Shown: in pieces, positions 1-7,787 of the stretch | How the letters are laid out: each line of letters begins with the position of its first letter | Numbering within the stretch: position 1 is the first letter of the stretch | Source of the DNA: an uncultured archaeon | Lineage (GTDB): Archaea > Iainarchaeota > Iainarchaeia > Iainarchaeales > GCA-2688035 | Assembly: GCA_964354805.1 (NCBI GenBank) | Contig: CAYHBD010000002.1 | Span: 1-30,702 of the forward strand | Reading direction: 5' to 3' | Length of the DNA: 30,702 nt | Position numbers and translations under genes: made by a program | Notes under the pieces: model-generated | The model's input: the letters and a program-made list of their open reading frames with translations, nothing else | Databases searched by the model: none | Told to the model about the DNA's origin: nothing

Positions 1-89
1 GGGAAAACAGTGCCTTCGGCAATAGATTTTTTGCAGCGGAAAAATGGCAAGAATCATTTTTAATAACCAAATTGCATTACTCTTATTGC

Positions 90-854
90 ATGAACACTGA
101 CAAAGCAATTGCATTATTGTATGCATTCGGCGGAATGATTCCGATTGCGGTTTTTTTGAATAACTGGCTGAATTTTTTTGAGCCAAAGGAATTCATAATG
201 TCCGCTGTGCTCAAGTTCATTTATTATGATTTCTTTACGGCTCTTGGTTGTTTGGGCATTATTTGGGCGATTGAGCATGCGAAAAGAAAGCCCAGTCCCT
301 ATGGACCTGCTGTTTTGAATAAACTGCTAAGGGCATGCGGTGCGGCTATTGGTATTGCGGTTGGCAGCTTGCTTTTGCTGTTGTTTGGGCTAATTGTGAT
401 GGTGTTAGTTTTTGGTGAAGGCAGCTCTGCTGGCTGGGATTTTCTTTCGGGCAAAACAGCAATCCCTCTTTTTGAACTGTGCGTTTTTGCGTCTTTGATA
501 ATTAAAAACGCAGTAATTTATTGGAAAAACCAAAAACTGTTTTGGGTTAAAGGCAGCGGCACTACAATAATTGCCTTCTTCATAATTCTTTACCTGGGGA
601 TTTTAGGTGCAGCTGTCTTTAAGCTGATTGAACTGCTTGGCATAGAGTTGCTCACGCCCCTGTTTAGTTTGTTTTTCTTTTTGCTTTTTAGTGCCTATTT
701 CTTTTCAATCGCCATATTCCTATGGCTGCCTGTTGAGAGAGCAAAACAAATCGCATTAAATCTGTGGAGCGCCCCAGGCAGACCCTGGCAATGGTTCAGG
801 AAAACGCCTGCAGAATTCGTGGACAGCGAACTAGAGCGCATTTTTGAGAAATAA
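90..854 (+). CDS. Multi-pass membrane protein, unknown function
   Basis: Long ORF with about 6 hydrophobic segments; ATG at 90 preferred over TTG at 72 (TTTTAATA TATA-like element at about 58-65). Confidence 0.75.
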   Translation: MNTDKAIALLYAFGGMIPIAVFLNNWLNFFEPKEFIMSAVLKFIYYDFFTALGCLGIIWAIEHAKRKPSPYGPAVLNKLLRACGAAIGIAVGSLLLLLFGLIVMVLVFGEGSSAGWDFLSGKTAIPLFELCVFASLIIKNAVIYWKNQKLFWVKGSGTTIIAFFIILYLGILGAAVFKLIELLGIELLTPLFSLFFFLLFSAYFFSIAIFLWLPVERAKQIALNLWSAPGRPWQWFRKTPAEFVDSELERIFEK

Positions 855-867
855 TTAAAGCCTTCGC

Positions 868-1653
868 TCACTTTTTCTCCAGATAGTATATCGCCATTGC
901 AATGCTGCTGTAGGCTGTTGCGATCATCCAGAAGATTGACACTGCAGCGAGTCCAATTATTTCGTCCAGCACCATTTCGCTCAGGCTGTTGCCGATGAAT
1001 GATAGTGCCTGGCTGATTGCGGCAATGATGAAGATGAATAAAACAATGTGCCAGAACCTGCCTGTTGAGAACTGCCATGCTTTTTGCAGTGCTTCTTTCA
1101 CTGTGCATTCTTCAATTGCAAGCGCTTGGACAACGAATGTCAGCTTTATGTACAAATAAATCAGCGCTATTGCAAGCAATGCAATCAGTGCAAAGCCAAG
1201 CAGCTGTATTGCGCCCGCAATTATTGTGAAAACGGCTGCCAGGGCAGCGAAGAACCCCGCAATTATTAAAACAAAAATTATCAGCAAAACAATTTTGCCC
1301 AATGCGGAAATTGTTGCGCTGCACGCTTTTTTGAAACTGCGCTTTCTTTCTCCCTGGGCGAGATATGCTGCATACCAGCAGGTTGTTGCAATGAAAACGA
1401 AGCCAGTGAGTATTGCGAACAAAAGCATTGCAGCAAGCTGGGTTGGGTACAATGCAAGCATGTGGAATGGCAGCGCTGGCAATGGCGAATCAGGAATTAT
1501 TTCCAGAACAATTGTGTTAACGGCAAAATCAACAAGAAATGGTGAAAAAGCGATTGAAAGCCCAATGGCAATTAGAACAGCAAGCAATGCCGGCAGGACA
1601 AGCACTGGCTTAAGCAAAAGTATTTTTGCCGCCTGCAAAAGCGTTTTAATCAA
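868..1653 (-). CDS. Multi-pass membrane protein (GDPD membrane-anchor-like hydrophobic family)
   Basis: 261 aa with about 6 TM segments and the 'EALQKAWQFSTGRFW' amphipathic pattern typical of this family. Confidence 0.7.
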   Translation of the reverse strand: MIKTLLQAAKILLLKPVLVLPALLAVLIAIGLSIAFSPFLVDFAVNTIVLEIIPDSPLPALPFHMLALYPTQLAAMLLFAILTGFVFIATTCWYAAYLAQGERKRSFKKACSATISALGKIVLLIIFVLIIAGFFAALAAVFTIIAGAIQLLGFALIALLAIALIYLYIKLTFVVQALAIEECTVKEALQKAWQFSTGRFWHIVLFIFIIAAISQALSFIGNSLSEMVLDEIIGLAAVSIFWMIATAYSSIAMAIYYLEKK

Positions 1654-1884
1654 TTAAATCCCTCTTTTAAAACCGTGTAATTATTACCGCTTTGTTATTT
1701 TTAATTCTATTCTTGCCCAGATTTTTGGGTTTGGTTTTGGTGGCGCAAATTATGCAAAGGGTTGAAGGGGATTAACAAACCCCTGCTTTAATCTTCTGTG
1801 CAGCGCTTGCAGGAAGCAATCAGTAAACAATTTAAATGTTGTTGTGAAACAATTGTTTATATTCGCCTTTTTCCGGTGTTTTTT

Positions 1885-2214
1885 ATGAACCTTCCAAAGG
1901 TAATCAAGGACTACTGCAAGAAATGCAACAAGCACACAGAGCACAAGCTAAAGCAGTTCAAGCCAGGCAAGGCAAGAGCGCTTGCAGTAGGCACAAGAAG
2001 CCACGAAAGGAAAATGAAGGGCTATAAGGGAAAACACCTTTTTCCAGCAAAAGTCAAAAAACCGAACAAAAAGCCGGTATTCCTGGCGGAATGCACTGTA
2101 TGCAAAACAAAACACTACTTCGTAATACACAAAAGAATGAAAAAAGTTGAACTGGCCGCAAAAGAATCAAAGCAGGCAAAGGGCGCAAGGCTAACAAAAG
2201 GCCAGCAACAATAA
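1885..2214 (+). CDS. rpl44e: 50S ribosomal protein L44e (eL42)
   Basis: MNLPKVIKDYCKKCNKHTEH...KKPNKKPVFLAECTVC zinc-ribbon pattern; GGTG RBS upstream of ATG 1885 (the track start at 1798 is too early). Confidence 0.92.
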   Translation: MNLPKVIKDYCKKCNKHTEHKLKQFKPGKARALAVGTRSHERKMKGYKGKHLFPAKVKKPNKKPVFLAECTVCKTKHYFVIHKRMKKVELAAKESKQAKGARLTKGQQQ

Positions 2215-2301
2215 ATGGGCATGCAAAACCTTTTGGGCAAGCCGCACAAGGCCAGCAAAATTAATGCCCAGCAAAACCTATTCAAGGGCGCAAAGCCCTA
2301 A

Positions 2302-2310
2302 TTTTTAAAA
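2302..2310 (+). promoter_or_regulatory. TATA box for 2334 ORF (leaderless spacing)
   Basis: TTTTTAAAA about 25 nt upstream of ATG 2334. Confidence 0.55.
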
Positions 2311-2333
2311 CGATTTCATTCTACTTATTAACA

Positions 2334-3161
2334 ATGACAGCCAGAAACAGCATTTTGTTAATTGTAAAGCAGCATCCAGGCATTGAGTACAATGCCCTGC
2401 TGAACAAGGTTGCAGCAAACTACGGAAGCATTGAATCAGCAAGGGCAGCTTTGAGCAGAGCCTTGCGCTATTTGGGCGCTTTGGGGATGGTTGCAAGGAA
2501 AGAGAACAGGGTGTTTGCAACAGAGAAAGGGGCTGCTTTGCTTGGCAACGAAATGAGGAGCAAGCTTTTGCTTCGCCTGAATGATGCTGTCAAGGAAAAG
2601 AACGCTGTTGAAAGGATTGACTCAATTGTTGAAATGCTGCACACCTTAATTGAGAGAGGCAAGCAGGACAATGATTTGCTAAAGGCAGCAAAGGGCAGCG
2701 TCGGCTTTTATATTTCCGATTTGACTGAACTGGCAAGCGGGATTGAAAAAAGAGTGCACAATCTGCAATACCTTGAAAGAGTTTTCAAACAGCAGATTGA
2801 ATCACTGCAGTTGCTTGATTTTCCCGAGCGCAAAGAAATGCTTTGGGGCAATGCAGCGAAAAAAACAATAAAGCGGATTGCAAGAAAAACGAAAGCGCAG
2901 AACATTGTTGCACAGTGCAGCAGTGAAAGCTTTTTCAACAGCGCGAAAAATGCATTCCAGGCAAAAGCAGTGCAAAACGAGCTGTTCTTCCAGCAATGGC
3001 AGCTGCCCAAATTCCTTGACTTCGTTGAAAAAAACTCAATGCCGCAAAGAAATCCAGTAAACCTGTACCTCGGCGCAATAAAAATAAGAATAGATTACCC
3101 GCACATTTCAATTATCGCGCCATTCAAGCAACTGAGTGAATTGATTTGGGAAAAGAAATAA
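2334..3161 (+). CDS. Protein with N-terminal winged-helix domain, unknown function
   Basis: ILLIVKQHPGIEYNALL...LSRALRYLGALGMV...VFATEKG winged-HTH pattern followed by a coiled segment. Confidence 0.75.
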   Translation: MTARNSILLIVKQHPGIEYNALLNKVAANYGSIESARAALSRALRYLGALGMVARKENRVFATEKGAALLGNEMRSKLLLRLNDAVKEKNAVERIDSIVEMLHTLIERGKQDNDLLKAAKGSVGFYISDLTELASGIEKRVHNLQYLERVFKQQIESLQLLDFPERKEMLWGNAAKKTIKRIARKTKAQNIVAQCSSESFFNSAKNAFQAKAVQNELFFQQWQLPKFLDFVEKNSMPQRNPVNLYLGAIKIRIDYPHISIIAPFKQLSELIWEKK

Positions 3162-3287
3162 GCGTCCGTAATCTAGTGGCAGGATTCGAGCTTCCCAACA
3201 GCTTTTCTTTAAAAAAGAAAAGCTGTATCAAAAGAAAACGCTGAAAGGAACAAGCTCGCAACCCGGGTTCGAATCCCGGCGGACGCA
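3162..3287 (+). tRNA. tRNA-Gly(CCC) with 55-nt intron at 37/38
   Basis: Acceptor GCGTCCG/CGGACGC, anticodon arm CGAGC-TTCCCA|A-GCTCG, T arm CCGGG-TTCGAAT-CCCGG; CCA not encoded. Confidence 0.95.
3198..3252 (+). other. tRNA intron, BHB/BHL splice motif
   Basis: Central helix TTCC/GGAA flanked by two CAA bulges; outer helix CAGC/GCTG with extra AAA; internal hairpin ACAGCTTTTCTTT-AAA-AAAGAAAAGCTGT. Confidence 0.9.
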
Positions 3288-3359
3288 ATTTTATTGCAAG
3301 AATAGCGCCTCTTTCTGCGATTAGTTAGTATTAAATTGTTTTTCGGCTGGAATTAGTTT

Positions 3360-4178
3360 ATGGCTAAAGTCGTTCTGCCGAAGCGTTTTGTGTTAGGGCG
3401 CAAGAAGCCGCCTTCCATCCGTAGCCCTGCTGTTCTCGAGAAAGGCTTTGAAAAGCTTACCTCGGCGGCAAGGCGAATGCGTGCCAGAGAGCTGCGGAAA
3501 TTAAGCAGAATGGTAAAAACCGGCGCCGGCAAAAGGACGGTCCTGGCGCAGATTTCCAGGATTCGCTCGCTGAACAGAAAGGCAAGCAATTTAATCGAGC
3601 CAAGGCTGCGCAAGGTGCAGTGGGTTATGAGGCGCGACCCGGAATTCCACAACCTGCTTGACAAGTCATTCTTTTTTGAAAACCTTAATCAGGCGCTGAA
3701 GCGCAAAGGCCCGCACTCGCTTGTATACATTGACATGGATCATTTGAAGAAAATAAACAGCAGATTCGGCAGGACGCTGGGCGGTTTTCCAGTGCTTTCA
3801 GCCCAAGCAAATGCACTTTCACGCGCAGTATCCAAACAGGGCCTTGCTGGGCACATCGGCGGCGACGAGTTCCTGCTCTACTTGCGCATGCCGCCCGAAG
3901 TTGCGCAAGCGTTCTTATCCAAAGAGTTTGAACAGTTTAGAATGCAGGAACTAAAAAGATGGCCAAAGTACAAAGAAGCTGTTGCCGCAAAATTGCCGCT
4001 CACTTACAGCGCTGGCATAATCGGGCTGAAGCTAGGCGCTAATGTTAAAGATGCAGAGCAAGCAGCTGACATTCTTTGCGTTATGGCAAAAAGGCGCGGA
4101 AAAAAGCGGAACACCTTTTCCATGAGGCCAGACTTGGAATCGTTTAAAGCAGAATTGATTAAAAAAAGCCGCTGGTAG
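3360..4178 (+). CDS. GGDEF-domain protein with basic N-terminal region
   Basis: SLVYIDMDHLKKINSRFG...GHIGGDEFLLYL...LTYSAGI...AAD..CVMAKRRGK motifs. Confidence 0.85.
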   Translation: MAKVVLPKRFVLGRKKPPSIRSPAVLEKGFEKLTSAARRMRARELRKLSRMVKTGAGKRTVLAQISRIRSLNRKASNLIEPRLRKVQWVMRRDPEFHNLLDKSFFFENLNQALKRKGPHSLVYIDMDHLKKINSRFGRTLGGFPVLSAQANALSRAVSKQGLAGHIGGDEFLLYLRMPPEVAQAFLSKEFEQFRMQELKRWPKYKEAVAAKLPLTYSAGIIGLKLGANVKDAEQAADILCVMAKRRGKKRNTFSMRPDLESFKAELIKKSRW

Positions 4179-4192
4179 CGCAAGAAGAAATC

Positions 4193-5158
4193 CTACTCCT
4201 TTATCTCCGCATTGTCAATCTGCCCGTCACTGTCTAAATCCAGGCCTTCCACTACTTTTGCGTGCTTTGTTTTGTCAAAAAGATTCGGCTTTACTGCCTC
4301 GCTAAGCTGCTTTATCAGGGCGATGATTGCTGCTTTTGTTCCACTATTCCTGTTTCCTGCAATCAGCAGGATTGACTTCTTCGCAAATTTGGGGTGCTGG
4401 ATTTTCTGGATTATTCCAATGGCATCCTCGCTGTATTCCTTTCCTGTAACAGTGCTTTTTATTACAAAATGGCCGTTGCTTGAAACAAACCTGATTGGCA
4501 GATGCTGGTTTAATTCGCTTGAAAGCTTGTTTGTGATAGGGCCTCCAACAATCACCAGGTTGCTGTTCTCGTCTTCAATTGACTGAATCATTGTGTCAAG
4601 GAAAACAAGCGGAAAGCTTACCTCATTTGCGAGAGATGCAAGGAATGCAGCCAACTCTACAGCCAGATGGGTGTCCCTTGCCCTTGCCTTGAATTCTCCG
4701 TGGGGGTCGGTGCTTCCAACAACTATTTTGCAGTCAAGCCTTCCCTCTGTGATGAATGGCTCAAAGAATTGCTTAATGCTTTGGGGCAGTTCCTTTTTTT
4801 TCTCCCTTGCAAAGCTGAATTCCTTTTTTCTCGCGGCCTGTTCCAGCGAAGGGGCAATTGCAAAGCAGTCGAATTTGCTTGAAAAGTATTTTGCCAGGGC
4901 GCCCTGCTTTTCCTCTGTTTTTTGCAGTTCCAAAAGCCCTGCTCCCCTCAGCTGCTTGATGCAGTAGTAAACCTTCTGCTCGTGCACATTAAGCGCCTTG
5001 GCTATTTCAGCAGGATACATCGGTTTTTTGCTTAGCAGAAGCAGAATCTGCCATGCAGTGGCATTCAGCAATGGCTTTAACTGCTGCACATCATGGAAAA
5101 TCTTTACTGGCAGCCTTATCTCGCTGTTCTCAACCATGCTAACAAGGAAATCAGCCAT
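4193..5158 (-). CDS. ArsR-like HTH regulator with C-terminal S-layer-C-like domain
   Basis: WQILLLLSKKPMYPAEIAKALNVHEQKVYY HTH; NLVIVGGPITNKLS and LIAGNRNSGTKAA motifs; terminal DLDSDGQID Ca-loop-like motif; GGTGG RBS. Confidence 0.8.
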   Translation of the reverse strand: MADFLVSMVENSEIRLPVKIFHDVQQLKPLLNATAWQILLLLSKKPMYPAEIAKALNVHEQKVYYCIKQLRGAGLLELQKTEEKQGALAKYFSSKFDCFAIAPSLEQAARKKEFSFAREKKKELPQSIKQFFEPFITEGRLDCKIVVGSTDPHGEFKARARDTHLAVELAAFLASLANEVSFPLVFLDTMIQSIEDENSNLVIVGGPITNKLSSELNQHLPIRFVSSNGHFVIKSTVTGKEYSEDAIGIIQKIQHPKFAKKSILLIAGNRNSGTKAAIIALIKQLSEAVKPNLFDKTKHAKVVEGLDLDSDGQIDNAEIKE

Positions 5159-5373
5159 TCAAGCCACCAAAACGCGCTATTTTCAATTTTTTATACCGTT
5201 ATTAATATTATTATAACATCAATATAATTGTTTAAAAACCTTTTGCCTTCTTTGCCCTGAATCGCCAAAAGCGCTTGAATTTTTTAATAAGAGATATTTG
5301 AATATAAAGGTGTTTATCGCTAATTAATTCAACTGATTTTCCAAAAATATGCCTTTTGCTAAAAGTGGTTTTT

Positions 5374-7191
5374 TTGTGCGGAATTGTTGCATTCAAAGGA
5401 GATAAAGGCGCTGTCCAGCTTGTGCTGTCTGGATTAAAGCAGCTTGAATACAGGGGCTATGACAGCTGGGGCATTGCATCTCTTGCCAATGGAAAAATAG
5501 CCTGCGAGAAAAGCGTTGGCAGAATCGGGCAAATGGAAAAAGTCAAGCTTCCTGAAAGTGGCATTGCGATAGGGCATACAAGATGGGCAACACATGGGGC
5601 AGTAACAGAGCAGAATGCTCATCCACATTTTGATTGCGGCAAAAAGATTGCAATAGTGCACAATGGAATAATCGAGAATTTCTCTGCCCTGAAAGAGCAG
5701 CTGCTTGCAAAAGGCCACTGCTTTAGGAGCGAAACAGACAGCGAAGTGATTGCGCATTTGATTGAAGAGGAAAGGAAAAATTGCGGCAATTTCAGCAATG
5801 CTGTTGCAAAAGCGCTTTCGCAATTGCATGGGAGCTTTGCTATTGCGGCAATTGATTCTGATTCAAAAGAAATTGTTGGAGCAAGGAAAAACAGCCCTCT
5901 TGTTGTTGGTTTTGCAGATGGCGCATTCTTCCTTGCAAGCGATGTAACCGCTTTCCTGCAGCATACTAGGAAAGCCGCTTTTCTTCTGGATAATGAAATG
6001 GTTTTGCTTAATAAGGGCGCAACCTTCATAGACCTTGGCTCAAGCCAGCCTGTTCGGAAAAAGATTGAATCAATTGAATGGCAGCAGGATGCTGCAAGCA
6101 AAGGCTGCTTTGAGCACTTTATGCTGAAGGAAATCTTTGAGCAGCCTGACAGGTGCAGGGCAACAATGCATGGCAGGCTGATGCAGGCTGGAATAAAACT
6201 GCCGGAGCTGCTTCCTGTGATTGAAAAGGCTGCCGAATTCAACAGAATTATTTTTGTCGGCTGCGGAACTGCTTTTCATGCAGGAATGGTTGCAGAGTAC
6301 ATTTTTGAGGAATTGTGCAAAATCCCTGTGGCAACACAATATGCTTCAGAATTCAGGTACAGGCAGCCGGTAATTGATGAAAAAACCCTTGTTATTGCAA
6401 TAAGCCAGAGCGGTGAAACAGCCGACACTCTTGCTGCAGTAAGGGAAGCAAAGGCAAGGAAAGCAACAGTTCTTTCAATAATCAATGTTGTTGGCTCAAC
6501 AATTGCAAGGGAATCGGATTTCGTTTTTTACATAAATGCAGGCCCTGAGATAGGGGTTGCCTCGACAAAGGCATTCACCTGCCAGCTGGCTGCGCTTTCA
6601 ATGATTGCAATAGCATTCGCCCGGAAACTGAAAAGCGCTGAAAAAAACAATCTGGCTGAATTGGCTGTTTCATTGAAAAAGTTGCCAGTGCAGATTGAAG
6701 AGGTTCTGCAGGAAAGCAAACACATTGAAGAAATTGCAAACAGGTTTTCTGAGAAACGAAACGCCTTGTTTTTGGGCAGGGGAGTAAATTACCCGATTGC
6801 ATTGGAGGGCGCTTTGAAGCTGAAGGAGATTAGCTATGTGCATGCAGAGGCAATGCCTGCAGCAGAAATGAAGCACGGCCCTATTGCCTTGATCGACAAG
6901 GAAATGCCTGTTGTTTTCATTGCACCAAATGACAAAAGCTATGAAAAGATTCTGGGCAATATTGAGGAAGTGAAAGCAAGGCATGGGAAAGTGATTGCGA
7001 TTGCAAACAACGGAAACAGCAAATTGCAGGAAATGGTTGATGAAACAATTTTCGTTCCCAAAACGCATGAATTGCTGCAGCCAATTCTGAACATTGTTCC
7101 CTTGCAGCTGTTCGCATACCACGTTGCCAGGCTGCGCGGCTGTGACATTGACAAGCCCAAGAATCTGGCAAAGAGCGTAACGGTTGAATGA
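5374..7191 (+). CDS. glmS: Glutamine--fructose-6-phosphate aminotransferase
   Basis: (M)CGIV N-terminus from TTG 5374, LEYRGYDS, GHTRWATHG, SQSGETADT, ALKLKEISY, KNLAKSVTVE C-terminus. Confidence 0.97.
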   Translation: MCGIVAFKGDKGAVQLVLSGLKQLEYRGYDSWGIASLANGKIACEKSVGRIGQMEKVKLPESGIAIGHTRWATHGAVTEQNAHPHFDCGKKIAIVHNGIIENFSALKEQLLAKGHCFRSETDSEVIAHLIEEERKNCGNFSNAVAKALSQLHGSFAIAAIDSDSKEIVGARKNSPLVVGFADGAFFLASDVTAFLQHTRKAAFLLDNEMVLLNKGATFIDLGSSQPVRKKIESIEWQQDAASKGCFEHFMLKEIFEQPDRCRATMHGRLMQAGIKLPELLPVIEKAAEFNRIIFVGCGTAFHAGMVAEYIFEELCKIPVATQYASEFRYRQPVIDEKTLVIAISQSGETADTLAAVREAKARKATVLSIINVVGSTIARESDFVFYINAGPEIGVASTKAFTCQLAALSMIAIAFARKLKSAEKNNLAELAVSLKKLPVQIEEVLQESKHIEEIANRFSEKRNALFLGRGVNYPIALEGALKLKEISYVHAEAMPAAEMKHGPIALIDKEMPVVFIAPNDKSYEKILGNIEEVKARHGKVIAIANNGNSKLQEMVDETIFVPKTHELLQPILNIVPLQLFAYHVARLRGCDIDKPKNLAKSVTVE

Positions 7192-7245
7192 ATATGGCAG
7201 GCAGGAAATCTTGCAAAGAGCGTAACGGTGGAGTGAATATGGAAG
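7162..7245 (+). repeat. 45-nt-period tandem duplication of the glmS 3' end
   Basis: 7162-7200 vs 7207-7245; both encode NLAKSVTVE*, with differences CTG/CTT, GTT/GTG, GAA/GAG. Confidence 0.92.
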
Positions 7246-7691
7246 ATGATGTTGTTTTCAGGGAGGCAAAGCACAGCGATTTGCACAATCTGCTTAGCCT
7301 GCTGCACCAGCTTAGTCCGCCGAAGGATGCAGAGAAAAGCCCTTCTCATGATGAGCTGCTGCCTATTCTGGATAAAATAATCAAGGATGAGAACCACTTT
7401 ATTTTTGTTCTGGAAAAAGAGGGCAGGCTGCTTGGGACAGCAACCCTTTTGCTGCAGATGAATTTGTCCCATGCAGGCAGGCCTTATGCCCACATTGAGA
7501 ATGTTGTCATTGACGAAAAGCACAGGGGCAAGGGCGTTGGAAAAAAGATCCTCGGGCATCTGGTTGAAAAGGCAAAAGAGAGAAATTGCTACAAAATCAT
7601 TCTGCACTGCAAAAAGGACAGCATTCTGCCTTTCTACAAAAAATGCGGCCTGCAGGAAACAGGCGAAGTGGAAATGCGATTTGATTTATAA
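7239..7691 (+). CDS. GNAT acetyltransferase, glucosamine-6-phosphate N-acetyltransferase (GNA1)-like
   Basis: TATLLLQMNLSH..AHIENVVIDEKHRGKGVGK..NCYKIILHC..FYKKCG resembles GNA1; directly after glmS; start could alternatively be 7188/7194. Confidence 0.8.
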   Translation: MEDDVVFREAKHSDLHNLLSLLHQLSPPKDAEKSPSHDELLPILDKIIKDENHFIFVLEKEGRLLGTATLLLQMNLSHAGRPYAHIENVVIDEKHRGKGVGKKILGHLVEKAKERNCYKIILHCKKDSILPFYKKCGLQETGEVEMRFDL

Positions 7692-7709
7692 CCGGTCAGT
7701 GAGTTTGCT

Positions 7710-7787
7710 ATGACAAATATTAAAGCGGTTTTTTTGATAGCCTGGGTGTGAAAGGGAATGGCAGATATTAGAGCGATTTTTTTTGAT
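7710..7787 (+). repeat. 48-nt-period duplication of the HAD gene 5' end
   Basis: 7710 ATGACAAATATTAAAGCGGTTTTTTTGAT (MTNIKAVF, one T short) vs 7758 ATGGCAGATATTAGAGCGATTTTTTTTGAT (MADIRAIFFD). Confidence 0.8.

Noticed and set aside
26-48. TTTTTGCAGCG(G)AAAAA(T)TGGC shared with 25723-25744
   Set aside because: Only about 22 nt, two copies, low complexity; not enough to define an element
1731-1745. Second TGG-rich string (W-F-W-W in one frame)
   Set aside because: No link to trp genes; treated as background G/T-rich leader motif and used as a caveat for the trp leader
7162-7245. Tn7 insertion at glmS
   Set aside because: No tns genes or Tn7 end sequences downstream; following genes are metabolic
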